64,000 nt of DNA. Source: Haliotis rufescens. Taxonomy: Eukaryota. Below are positions 37,918-50,622 of the stretch, in pieces. How positions within the stretch are numbered: the stretch's first letter is position 1; every line of letters begins with the position of its first letter. The notes below the pieces were generated by a model. The model was not told where the DNA came from. It made no database searches and saw only the letters and a list, made by a program, of their open reading frames with translations. Location: NCBI RefSeq assembly GCF_023055435.1, contig NW_025963868.1, positions 25,234,001 to 25,298,000 on the forward strand. Direction: 5' to 3'. The position numbers and the translations under genes are program-made.

Positions 37918-38107
37918 ATAGCAGTAGTTGTAGTTACATATTAGTAGTAGCTGTAGTAATTGTAGTAATAGTATCAGTAATTGTTGTAATAGTATCAGTA
38001 ATTGTTGTAATAGTAATAGCTGTAGTAATAGTAGTGGTAGTGGTAATTGTTGTAATAGTAATAGCTGTAGTGGTAGTGGTAGTAGTAGTAGTTGTAGCAA
38101 TAGTTGT
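37918..38107. repeat. Imperfect (TAG/TTG/TAA)n trinucleotide microsatellite
   Basis: Direct inspection. Confidence 0.9.
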
Positions 38108-39275
38108 ATGTTCTTAATTGAGTTACCTTCTCTGATCATACTCTCATTTGGGTTAACGTTTCAATTTGTAAAACTCATGCTATCTATACATATTTATGAG
38201 TGATAAATATCACAATACATTTAAAAAGTCTTGTACAAACAATAATCATATAATATACCTCTGAAATACTGTGTATCTGTACTACAACATGACTTATTTG
38301 TCAAATATGATCTTACAGAAAATACACAATAACCAGTTTCCAAATGCTAATCTGACTTCTGACTTAACGGTGTGTTAGATTTGTATCTTATGTTTCCATG
38401 TATACCAAAAAGCCGATACCAATGATTATAGTAAAAAATCACACATTGGTAATCACACCATGAAAAACACTTCATAATAATCCCCTTGTCTTTGTTTGTA
38501 GACACTACATGTGTAACCAAAAAATGATCACGGTTACAAAACATATTACAAATCAAACAAATCATTCTTTGACAATCATGTCATTGTTATTGATTGGTTC
38601 ATTGAAAGCAAATATATTACCAAACAATATTGTGAATGTCATCTGCAAGAAAATACAGAGAAACCACAAAGCAACACATTCCATCACAACTCAATATAAA
38701 TGTATTGTGTTTCTATTCTCTATTCTCTAATTTCTTCTTTGGGATCTTCATTTATTGCATTAACTTTTAACATGAATCTTATGACAAGGATCCCTTGACT
38801 TCCATGCTTAATTTCAAACACAGGAAAATGTATTATCCTGTTGAACTGATCTTGTTCAAGCCAAAGAAAATCGAAAATGAATAAAGCCACACACATGTAT
38901 ATATCTTATTCTTATTTCAACCTACCAAAGCAGTTTGGCAGGCAGAAATTTGTAAACAATAAAGTCTGTAAAGTCTAAGTTACAGGTTATTTTATATATA
39001 CCTAAGTAACAAAGTGTTTCCAAGTATAAAACAGTGGAATAGATAGCACACAAAAACATAATGAAGATGAAATGAAATGCACCATACCTGATGCTTTTTC
39101 TGCTTGACTGCATCAAAGGGTGGGTCCACAGAAAGGTCACCTTTAAATAAAAAAGAGGAGCAAAATATCATTTCATTTCAAACACTAGAAAGTGTTTGCA
39201 AGGACTTATAGAAACAGAAGAACCATAGTTAGGATGTATTTCCACTTCAGGTTTAATGACAACACTTCCACATCA

Positions 39276-39861
39276 GACCCGTGAAGATTCCGGGCTAGAA
39301 TAGGTCTTCAGCAACCCATACTTGCCATAAATGGCGACTATACTTGTCGTAAAAGGCGACCAACGGGATCGGGTGGTCAGGCTCGCTGACTTGGTTGATG
39401 GCATGGGTCGATGCTCAATCACTGTCAATCACTGGATTGTCTGGTCCAGACTTGATTATTTTACAGACCGCCGTCACACTGACTGACAAGGTGTCAAAAG
39501 TCATACATTCACAAGTTTTGGTGACAGTAATCTACTGACCTTTCTCTGAGACTTCGATTCCTTTTTCGGCTTGCATCTCCGCATTAAGTATCTACCCGTG
39601 AAGATTCCGGGGTAGAATAAGTCTCCAGCAACCCATACTTGCCGTAAAAGGCGACTATGGTTGTCGTAAAAAGCGCCCAACGGGATCGGGGGTCAGGCTC
39701 GCTGACTTGGTTGATACATGCCATCGATCCCAATTGCGTGGGTCGATGCTCATGATGTCAATTACTGGATTGTCTGGTCCAGACTCGATTATTTTACAGA
39801 CCGCCGTCATATAGCTGGAATATTGCTGAGTGCGGCGTTAAACAATAAACAAACAAACAAA
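39276..39861 (+). mobile_element. Composite: partial family B, ~115-bp local duplicate, full family B
   Basis: Outer near-perfect TSD ACT(T/A)CCACATCA; the middle part matches 40050-40166. Confidence 0.8.
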
Positions 39862-40165
39862 ACTACCACATCAACATTAAGGAAAACAAATATGAAACAG
39901 AAAGTCCTGTGCCTCCAAATTTAATAGTTTACATAAGAACAGTTACCTACTTCTGGCATTATAATGATGTCACTGCCTGTCAGCAATAAGATGTTTTCAG
40001 TGCTAGTAACAGCTTTACATATCGATAGACAATAAACCATGACATAGGCTCACACTGACCGACAAGGTGTCAAAAGTCAAACATTCACAAGTTTTGGTGA
40101 CAGTAATCTTCTGACCTTTCTCCGAGACTTCGCTTCCTTTTTCGGCATGCATCTCTGCATTAAGT

Positions 40166-40623
40166 ACATCCGACTTCATCATGTAGTCAAGTAGCTACAC
40201 ACGACTTCATCATGTAGTCAACAATCTACATCCGACTTCACCATGTAGTCAAGTAGCTACATCAGACTTCACCATGTAGTCAAGTAGCTACACACGACTT
40301 CATCATGTAGTCAGCAAGCTACATCAGACTTCACCATGTAGTCAAGTAGCTACACACGACTTCATCATGTAGTCAACAAGCTGGATCAGACTTCACCATG
40401 TAGTCAGCAGGCTACATCCGACTTTATCATGAAGTCAACTAGCTACATCAGACTTTACCATGTAGTCAAGTAGCTACACACGACTTCACCATGAAGTCAA
40501 CAAGCTACATCAGACGTCATTATCTAGTCAGCAAGCTACATCCGACTTCATCATGAAGTCAACTAGCTACATCCGACTTCATCATGTAGTCAAGAAGCTA
40601 CACGCGACTTCACCATGTAGTCA
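40166..40623. repeat. 31-bp minisatellite, about 15 units (CTACATCCGACTTCATCATGTAGTCAAGTAG)
   Basis: Direct inspection. Confidence 0.92.
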
Positions 40624-40785
40624 GACTGTCGGAAAGAAAGTGCCTTGCACACCGACATAGCTAAAACATCTCTCCCTGCTTTCGATTTCGTTATAAAGTC
40701 TCATCCTGCACGCCGACATCGTTATAACATTTCTCCCTGCACACCGACTTCGTTATAACATATCTTCCTGGATATATGTACGAAG

Positions 40786-41025
40786 TTAAACGCCGCACTC
40801 AGTAATATTCCAGCTGTATGAAGGCGGTGTGGTAATAATCGAGACAATCCAGTGATTGACATCATGAGCATAGATTCACGCCATTGGGACACGATGACAT
40901 GCATCAACCGAGTCAGCGAGTCTGACCACCCGATCCTGTTAGTCGCCACTGACGACAAGCGTAGTCGCCTTTTACAGCAAGCATGGGTTGCTGAAGACCT
41001 ATTCTACCCCGGATCTTCACGGGTC
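40786..41025 (-). mobile_element. Family B retroposon
   Basis: Consensus match. Confidence 0.85.
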
Positions 41026-42223
41026 CTATGATTTAAAGGGCGGTCTGTTTGGACAGATACAGGTAAAACCCAATTCCCTCACCCACTTTTCGATCTACAA
41101 CCAAGGACAAGTTACCTAAGCAAGTTACCTAAGGTGAGTTCCGATTGACTTCTCAGCGGTGCACATGAGCGGGCTTCAGGGAAAATAATTGCTCGCTCCT
41201 TAACCAATCAGCTAATATTTTAATGAAAGGTGAGATAAGTATTCATCGACCTAGGGACAAGACCTCCAAGTTCAAATAATGGAATCATACAGCGCCTCGT
41301 GAACTGCCCTGTGCAGCGTGAACACTTGAAGGGAGATAACTCTAGTGGCTATTATCAGTGAACTCTAGTGGCTATTATCAGTGGAGACCAATTCACAGAA
41401 AATAACTCATGGCCTCCCCACAAACGCGTTGTTGAAGGATTTCCACTTACTGACTGTCTTTTAACTCGAGGCCCCATGTGAATTTTCATGTGTTCTGCAT
41501 TAACACCTATTTAGTGAATATTTGAAGAAATACAATTTTTATCTTTATTTGCTGTTAATTAAATTAGTACATACCGTGGGGTAATGGAGAGACTGGTCAT
41601 TTGTCTGTCATCTTCAACACCAATATACTCCGTTGTCAGAATGATGAGATCTGATTGGTCCACGAGATCTTGATAAAATACTGTGTAACCCGCCTTGGGA
41701 ATACATTTCTTTGCGGGGGAATCAATCTTTTATACCCCACCACGAGCACTACAGTCTGATGGTGCATTTTTTATAGACAGAATAAATCCTTTATACCCCG
41801 CTTCAAAGCAAAACGCCGCTAGCTTTTTCCGAGCCAGTGGATGACAAGTGAAGCTGACCTCAGTTTAATCGAATAGTTGTTTTCTATCAATTTGGAATTA
41901 ATTTGAATTATTTTACAATGTTATATTAAATCATTTCGGTAAGTTAAATTCGTTGCAGCAGGATTACGGCGTCCCCCCTCGCCTCCAGCTCGTGTTATAA
42001 AACCTAACGCGGGACGCATAAAACCACATCAACACCGATTTAGTGACTATTTGAAGAAATACAATGTGTATCTTTTGGGGGTATTAATTAAATCACTCCA
42101 TACCATGACCATGGGCCAATGGGGAGATTGGTCATTTGGTTGTGCATCTGCAACACCAGTATACTCATTCTATGTATTTCTGTTCTTTTCCAAATCGACC
42201 GTGATTCATTGAACATACAATCT

Positions 42224-42765
42224 TCACATCTTGACTATTGTAATGCTTTGCTTCTTGGCCTACCATAACATCTCCAAAGCTCCAAAGCTCCAAAGCTCCA
42301 GCGCATCCAGAACTGCCCTGCACGGCTAGTCACTAAGATCAAAAGACGAGATCACGTGACACCAATATTAAAGGACCTTCACTGGCTAAAGGTGGTGGAC
42401 CGTATCAAGTACAAGGTCTTCACATTGATCTTCAAATCAAGACACGGTGCTGCACCAGCATATATCAAGAACATGATTTGTGAGTATGAACCTAGACGCA
42501 ATCTGCGTTCAGGTGATCACAAATTACTGTGCATATCCACGTCACGAACAAGCAGATTTGGTGATCGCTGCTTTGCACGAGCAGCTCCAATGTTATGGAA
42601 CAGCCTACCACTTGACATCAGAAGTTCCCAAGAACTGGGCAGCTTCCAGCGCAGACTGAAGGCCTACCTCTTAAGGAACACACTTACTTGCAGTAGAACT
42701 CCATCAGTGTTAGAGTTTCCTGCAAGCGCTTTCGAGCAGTTTTCTCAACTGGATAGCAGCGCTAA
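42224..42765 (+). mobile_element. L2/CR1-group LINE 3' fragment
   Basis: LDYCNALL..LQRIQN..ARL..HVTPILKDLHWL..RIKYK..APAY..RNLRS..FGDRCF..AAPMLWNSLP..F..RLK; 3' AAGCGCT..AGCGCT tail motif. Confidence 0.85.
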
Positions 42766-43008
42766 GGAAATGCTCAGTTATTTTAAATGTGAATTGATAA
42801 AACCTAACTGACGAAAGCAACTATTGTCGAGACTTTAGAGCTGCTTCGGTCAATATCAATTTTGATAAATGATGTTCAACGATCCCCTAAATCAAACTCA
42901 TTCACGCTAATGATAAATACAGTGGATCAATTCGTTGCCAAACCTTTTCGAATCTGATTCGACTGGCACAACGCTAAATTGTGCTGTCACTGTTCCTTCT
43001 AAACTGAA

Positions 43009-43277
43009 GACCAGTGAAGATCCGGGGTAGAATAGGTCTTCAGCAACCCATGCTTGCCGTAAATGGCGACTATGCTTGTCATACGAGGCGACTACCGGGA
43101 TCGAGTGGTCAGGCTCGCTGACTTGGTTGATGCATGTCATCGTTTCCCAATTGCGTGGATCGATGCTCATGATGTCAATCAATGGATTGTCTGGTCCAGA
43201 CTCGATTACTTACAGACCGACATCAAACAGCTGAAATATTGCTGAGTGCAGCATCAAACAACAAACAAAGAAACAAA
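43009..43277 (+). mobile_element. Family B retroposon
   Basis: Consensus match. Confidence 0.85.
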
Positions 43278-44399
43278 TATGTTTTCGACATCATTGGCCC
43301 ATGAGCAAGCCTTCCATCGCTGCTTTTACTTAAAAGTCCTTGCCACGTGAAACGGAATAACGAATTATCGGGATGTATAATTAACGAAGCTAACTGCATA
43401 TGTGATATTATTATTCCTCAAAGTGAGATTGACCAGTCAGAGAGCAGAACTACTGATCCCACATGAGCCCATATACCGTCCGTTAAAATCCAAGATGGTT
43501 GATACTGACCTAATATGAGACTGTATACCGTCAGTAACAGCCATTTTGGATTTTCCAACACCCACCTCACATATTTCACATGAAAATTCGGGTACAGAAA
43601 CTCGTAATTCGACACTGTTTTGTGTTTTAATATCATTAATGTTGATGTGCAAGGACGTTAATGTTTTTTTTCGGATCACGTTCGTGACTTTAATAAAGAT
43701 GATATAAAGTTAAAATTATCAACAAAGTCTGGCCTCTGAGGTTTGAAGAGTAGTCTCCCTTTGACCCTTAACGTCCTAGGTTCTAAGTATTAAGTTTTGA
43801 GTTTCAATACTTATAAAGTGAAAACAAACCATTCCGCCTATAAGTACTATTACTTGCAGTAAACATTGGAAAGTGCGCTTTTCAAGAAATGTCCATTTTC
43901 GAAGCGATAAACATCACCATTGAGTTTTGATCACGTGGTTATAATCCGTGTAAGAATCAACAGTCAGATGACTGCGAACGGCTATATTTACAAGTGACCT
44001 TGGTCATTAGCGCTCTAAATATTACATCCATTTCAAGTATCGAGGGCAAAATGTGCATGCTCAGCACTTTTAGTGCTTTTAGCCAACAGGCAGAGGCCCC
44101 CAAATATGGCACAATTGCAGATCTGTATGATATCCGGTTATATGTGCGCATGCGTAATGTCCTCATGAACTGTGCCGATCTAGAGTAATTATTTAACGCT
44201 AATTTTTTATAAGATCTTAAAAGTAAACGTTGTGCTCTGCTCTGCTGTTTATTTTGGCAAGAGCACTTTACGTCACAAACAAATTTCACCTAGTCCTCTA
44301 TTTCCTTTCATTCGATACCGACGACCAATGAAAGCTGTGTTTAGTGTCGTCCAATTGCACGTGGAGGCTACAAACAGGTGAGCTTTGTCCCACAACGAC

Positions 44400-44976
44400 A
44401 CGAAAAAGCTCATTTCTTGGCGTTTGGAATAGAGTTGATATTAATGTAAATGCACACATCGGAACATCGCCATAGGACGTATGCAAAATGTCTTCTGTTG
44501 CACGACTCTTCAACGTCTTCCACAACACCACTTGCCGCCTTTCTTGCCGGCCACTGCAGACCGTCCGAAAACCGGCCGACCAAGGGTTACCCCTGCACAG
44601 GATCGCGATATTCGACTGTTCCACCTACGTCATCGCAATGCCACAGCTCCGGAGACTGCAGGACGCATCCCTGGTTTGAGGAGGATATCGGACCAGACTG
44701 TCAGGAACCATCTTCGCGAGGCTGGAATCCGACCCAGAAGACCAGTTATCGATATCGTCCCTTTTTTTAAACAGATCCATCGACAGAGACGCTTGCGTTG
44801 GTGCCATACCTTACAGCCTTACATACCAGAATCTGAGAAACTGGAGACGAGTGTGGTTAAGCAATGAATTACGATTTCTTCTTCACCGGCAAGATGGGAG
44901 ACAACGTGAGAGTTTAGCCCCACATTGCAATTGTGTACGTGAATTCGACAATTTCAGTTTTCAGTGGCGGTAGTGT

Positions 44977-45034
<58 letters not shown>

Positions 45035-45105
45035 TTGGAGGGCATATCCTACACCTCGAGATCTGACTTGGTTGTGGTTCAGGAAAATGTGACAGCAAAT
45101 CGCTG
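44400..45105 (+). pseudogene. Tc1/mariner transposase fragment with an internal (GT)n expansion
   Basis: DRPKTGRPRVT..QDRDIR..ISDQTVRNHLREAGIRPRRP..RLRWC; WRRVW.S.E.RF; GGSV(CV)nW..IS. Confidence 0.8.
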
Positions 45106-45556
45106 TACTGTACTACACACTAAGGTGATCGCCATATGTTGTATGGGGGCAATACACTTCAGCTTCTTCACTGTGTCTGTGTTAAAACTGTCCTCAATTA
45201 TTTGGTGCAGTATATCTCCATTCTAACTGGTCAAAATACCCTGAAATCATTCGCAACCACTCCATGGGGACTGAAGATTAGACTAGGACCCCGTCTTACA
45301 AGGTACGTTTATCCCTAAGGTGATCGTAATTGCCATGTTTAGCATAGGCTTGCGATAGTTGTAGCGCTGAGGTTGCTTTGTTGAACAGAGCACTGGTCGT
45401 CAGTTGCCTATACTGATCCTGTACTGGATTGTCTGGCCCCGTCTCGATTATGTTACAGGGTGCCATGAGAAAACGTAGTCATAAACATAGAACATAGTTT
45501 GTTTGTTTATTTGTTGATTAACGCCGCAGTCTGGCAATGCAAGGATTTATGGGTAG

Positions 45557-45624
45557 GTGAAGTGAGGTGAAATTGGGTTTTATGTCGCGTACAATATTAT
45601 TGCACTTATATAGTGACGTGCATG

Positions 45625-45671
<47 letters not shown>

Positions 45672-45933
45672 TGCTTGTACTCGTCCGGATTTATGCCGAT
45701 TTATAGTGCTAGCTCACTAAGATACCATGCCTCAGTTTTACATGAATACCCCACTCAGACACAGTATACTGACTCTGAGCCGACCAGTTTCAGCCCCTTA
45801 ATGCCGAGCCCAAGAAAGGGTAACAACAAATACTAAATCTCTAACGTCTTTTGGTATGTTGCGGCCGGGTATTAAACCCCGGACCTTCCGCTCTCCAGGC
45901 GGACGCTCTGCCACTTGACCATGGAAGTTGTCT
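45557..45933 (-). mobile_element. tRNA-derived SINE family C with internal (CA)n
   Basis: tRNA-like head on -; 13-bp TSD GATTTATGGGTAG; a second copy lies at ~61476-61820. Confidence 0.8.
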
Positions 45934-46277
45934 GATTTATGGGTAGACATGTCAGTGATGTTAACCATAGCAAAGACCTCGTTTGGGGTTAACCCGCTCC
46001 TTGAATCAGCACATGTTAAAGCCTATTAAGAAATCTATACTTATCACAAAGCATTATAAAGTATTATCACGCGTTAGCTTTATGAAACATAATCAGGGTG
46101 AATCTGGAATTCTTCCACGATCAAAGGTTAATTGTTAGCCTAATGGAAGCAACTCTGCATGGCGAATTGCAACACCTTTGACGTCTTGGTCACCCGTACT
46201 ATCATAATACTATAACAAACATTGTACTGTGCATTGTATTCTGTATGTACGCGAACTTAAAGATACAGACTGTCTGA

Positions 46278-49125
46278 TCAGAGAGTTCCGACAACAAGAG
46301 CAACACTTGACATCCGCCCTTCCCGATTGGGCAAAGTGGTACTTGGCCACGTTCTGGTTCTGCTTCAGGAACGAGACTGGAACTAGATATTGCATCGTCA
46401 TACATATTGTCTCGTATTTACCGTTGTTTTGCCGATGTAGGAAATAAAATGAGTTGAGGGAATTGCCGTTAAGCTGCACCGATGTTGGTTTTGGATTGCC
46501 GGTCTTGTCACCGAGGCTAATGCAGACTCGCAGATACGCGTACTGGATATTGCTCATATGGCCAAGATTGATGCTGGTGGTGACAACGTTGTTCTGTATT
46601 GGTTTAGCAACATCTTGTCCGTAGTGGACAGTTTCCGTGATCGTCTTGCTGTGAGCAAAGTTGAAGGCAGTTTGGAATTTAAGATAGCAGCTTGCCTCAG
46701 TCGGCAGGCTGACGACTCTGTTGTTGAGGTGGACGTTTGATTCCTTGTCCCGTATTGTAACCTTGTGGGAGTTCAAGTGGACACAGGACATCACTGCCGT
46801 AGACGGATTCATCCATCCGTGATCAAACTTGACCTTGACCTGGGTCGGGTGCGTGTCAAAGTTATGCAGAAGAAGTACAACCCTCTTTGAAGTTGGATCC
46901 ACTAAAGCATGCGATGCCACGAGTCTCTCAGCTCCATGGAATTGACTGTCTGTTCGCAGATACGTCATGCGATTTGAAAGCACCTGCCAGAAGTGATACG
47001 CCTCGGCTGTTTTTCTCTCGTGGTTGTTGGTGTCCAAGAGACTGTAATCAATGCTGGCTTGCCCAAAACTTTCTCTTTGTCCAAGCAAGAACGCCACAGC
47101 TCTGTCGACCACTCCACGATGATTCAGCATGGTAAACATTTCTGCATCAGTGGGTTAGGCTTCTGCATATTCACACCTATGATAGACCCCAAACCAAAGG
47201 CTGAACAGATGATGGGAATATCTTTACCTGTTTTCGAATGGGCATAACTTTCAATTAGATCTATTATCCCAACAAAGCGGGCTTCATTCGAACCTGAGAA
47301 GTAGTAGGATTCTCCTGTGATGTGCATATGGCTGAAAGGGTGAAAGGAAATGAAGTCAAGGTGTTTGACCGCCATGTCCAAAAACTCCTTGATATTTTCC
47401 CAAACCTTAAAGTCGTGTTTGTCCAGCTGACCAATGGCACCGGAATATGCCGGACCTCCAACTTTAACGTGTGGTAGAGTAGCCTTGACCTTTGCATTGG
47501 CGGCTTTGTGGTAGTCAGTAATCTGTGTCCAGTTAACGTTGTATTTCCACATACCGTCGACTTCGCTGATTGGTTCAAAGTATGGCGGTGTGTCAACCTT
47601 GGTTCCATCATGGACGGCCTTTAGCAACATGGCAGCCATATCAGCAGCGGCATCCACGTTGTTAGGGAAGTGGCCTTTGTGTTGAGATGTGTCCATCCAG
47701 TGTGGCCAGGCATCGGCTAGGGGAGATACATAAATAAAATTTAATGCATTTAACTATGGTGTTCATTAAGTATCTAAAAGTATCCCAACAGATTTAATAT
47801 TGCTAACATTTCTTGAGGCCTTTTTTCTGTCTTTATTTCCTGTTACATTATACTATTGGCTGTGTTATATCTCGAGTTCGGGCCACTGGTTGTGGTTCAA
47901 TGAGAATCTCTCCTGCATGAACGTCAATGTCATATCTTGACCACTTGAAAATGATTCCTTGGCTTGTTATAGACTAACGTTTAGTGCCGGATTTAGTCTT
48001 GTTAAGAAGATTATATGTACAAAATGCATGGTAAAAGGCGGTTGAGACTTGCTAAATCATTCTAGAATGAGTTTGATTAATCGTTCTATGGGACACAGAC
48101 AAGCATAGTTTGTCTCCCAGACCTTTTAATTTCTGTCAAACATTAGTAACTACTTCGAAAACACAAGCTGAATGTTCACAAGCGAACCATCAGCTACACT
48201 GTCTTAAGATGAGTATTCTTATGTTCTCTCAAACAAATTATGCATGACGATATAATAGATATTATCATTTTCATTTTTGGTCTTTCTATTTCATGGGAAT
48301 GATGTGTAAAAGCAAATGCAGCTTTTGCATCGTTAAAAGCTGTATGGAAATTAAAATTTTTCAGAATGTCATCAAGGTTAAAACTGATCTGACCTCTAAG
48401 ATCCATCATGATTTCTCTCCCCGGGGTTCGTCCGTATCCATCTCTGTTGGCAGAATATATAGAAACTATGTTCTGCTGGAAGCTTGCATTCCGGAAGTAA
48501 GCTGGATCAGCATAACCCTTCCGGTGAGGATCTTGTGGTGCCTTCACACAGTGTCATGATCATGACATTGTTGTAACTCATAGGGATGCTAACGTGAGTG
48601 TGTTGTACGTCGGGGTGTGCTGACGTGTGTGTTGTACGTCGAGGTGTACCAATGTGAATGTGTCGTTCATCGATGTGTACTTCGGTGAGTGTGTTGTTCA
48701 CCGAGGTATGCTACATTGTGTTGTTCCTCGAGGTCTGCTGACGTCTGTGCTATACGTTGAGGTGTGCTGACGTCAGTGCGTTGCACATTGAGGTGTGCTG
48801 ACGCGTGTGTGTGCTGTACATCGGGGGGCTGACGTGTGTGTGTGTTGTAATATGAGGAGTGCTGACGTGTGTGTGTGTGTGTGTGTTTGTGTTGTACATC
48901 GAAGTGTGCTGACGTGTGCGTGTGTTGTACATTGAGGTGTGCTGACGTGTGTGTGTGTGTGTGTGCTTGTGTTGTACATCGAGGTGTGCTGACGTGAGTG
49001 TTAAACATCGAGGTGTGCTAACGTGTGTGTGTGTGTGTGTGTGTTCTACATCGAGGCGTGCTGACGTGTGTGTGTGTTGTACATCGATGTCTGCTGACGT
49101 GAGTGTTGAACATCGAGGCGTGCTG

Positions 49126-49166
<41 letters not shown>

Positions 49167-49487
49167 GTACATCGAGGCGTGCTGACAGGTGTGTGTGCTT
49201 TACATCGGGGGGGGGGGGGGGGGGGGGGGGGGGCTGACGTGTGTGTGTCTTGAACATTGAGGTGTGCTGACATGTGTGTGTGTTTGTGTGTGTGTGTGTG
49301 TTGTACATCGAGGTGTGCTGACGTGTGTGTGTGTTGTACATCGAGGTGTGCTGACGTGTGTGTTGAACATCGAGGCGTGCTGACGTGTGTGAGTGTTGAA
49401 CATCGAGGTGTGCTGACATGTGTGTGTGTGTGTGTGTTGTACATCGAGGCGTGCTGACGTGTGTGAGTGTTGAACATCGAGGTGTGC

Positions 49488-49523
<36 letters not shown>

Positions 49524-50622
49524 CTGTTGTACATCGTAATGTGCTGACGTGTGCGTGTGTTGTACATTGAGGTGTGCTGACGTCAGTGCGTTGTACATTG
49601 AGGTGTGCTGACGTGTGTGTGTTGTACATCGAGGTGTACCAGCATGAGGAGTGTTACGTGTGTTGTACGGTGTCCTGACACTGATTGTGTTGGTCATCGA
49701 TGTGTATCACCGCCAGTATGCTGTACATGAGTATTACCAACGTCAGTGTGTTGTACATCGAGGTGTGTTAGCATGTGCTGTACATCAATTTGTGCTGGAG
49801 TGTGTTGCATATCAAGGTGTTTTGACGTGTGTTGTACATCGATGTCTACTAACGTTAGTATGTTGTACGTTGATGTTTGTTGTCGAGGATGTGTTGTATG
49901 TAGGGGCAAAATAAAATATGTACATTTTTTTTATTATATGGGGCTGTAAAGGCATTCTTTTTTTTTTTTAATCTTTTTCAAATCCATTGCTAGGATTCGA
50001 TAAGAGTTGCAGTGATATATGAACAATATCTGTCCATGATCCTAGCACACAAATAACGATTTGTAAAAATAAACTCGATCACAAAATTCAACGTTTGTAT
50101 CAACACCTCGATCTTCATCCTCGTGTTTATTCAGGTTATAAAAGCTTGTACGTCCCAGTACTTACTCGGGTAAATATATAACATCAACACTAACGAATAA
50201 CCGGTCTCGATTTTCCCACAAAACATGTTCCATTGGGGGAAAAAGGCAAAATTGCGGTGAAGATTAAATGAATGGATCACTACAAATCAATGATAACAAC
50301 GGGTGTTCGCGAAAAGGGTAAGCATGTCTTGCCCTACCAGCAGCAGAACACTTAATATGACCACACCATCTACCTTCTCAAAGGCTCCAATATCTCCTTT
50401 GTTCCAGCGTGCAGCCCTGGCACCAGTTTTCTTCACGTACTGGATGATACTGGGCTTATCAAACCCCATCTTGCCGTTCCAGCGATCAGGATCAAACGTC
50501 TTCCGTCCTCCTTTGAGGACGAAATCCTGAAAGATTGTCACTTGATACTGACCAGTGACTAGGCACAACATATAAACTATGATTGCCACACAGAGTGACA
50601 TCTTGGCTGTTGAGAACGACAT
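46278..50622 (-). pseudogene. Secreted GH86 beta-porphyranase/agarase-like glycoside hydrolase; exons 50622-50374, 48541-48394, 47716-46278; two frameshifts
   Basis: Signal peptide MSLCVAIIVYMLCLVTG; QDPHRKGYAD; YFEPISE; VKVGGPA; DFKVW..FLDMA..LDFISFH; GSNEAR..IDLIESY; PIICSAFG; C-terminal beta-sandwiches ending MSSVALVVGTL* in an alternate frame; phase-compatible GT-AG introns. Confidence 0.75.
48580..49900. repeat. Compound minisatellite (TTGTACATCGAGGTGTGCTGACG plus a variable (TG)n spacer) in GH86 intron 1, with a long poly-G run near 49206-49233
   Basis: Dozens of units visible; accounts for the His/Thr-rich ORFs in the track. Confidence 0.93.

Noticed and set aside
37879-38139. Leu/Gln-rich ORF
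   Set aside because: Trinucleotide microsatellite
40166-40623. Regular ~31-bp repeats resembling a CRISPR array
   Set aside because: Head-to-tail units with no unique spacers, no cas genes, and a eukaryotic context
45283-45396. Missing right TIR of Harbinger 1
   Set aside because: Only loosely similar and has its own degenerate inverted ends; more likely an old independent Harbinger-type MITE
48580-49700. Constant repeat with variable spacers, CRISPR-like
   Set aside because: The spacers are only (TG)n length variants
48507-49949. His/Thr-rich and Cys/Val-rich ORFs suggesting a metal-binding repeat protein
   Set aside because: They are translations of an intronic (CA)n minisatellite, open in several frames on both strands; GH86 exons 1 and 2 splice across it in phase
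46278-50622. Bacterial contamination as the source of the GH86 gene
   Set aside because: Spliceosomal introns, a local paralogue, and contiguous animal SINE and MGAT3 context
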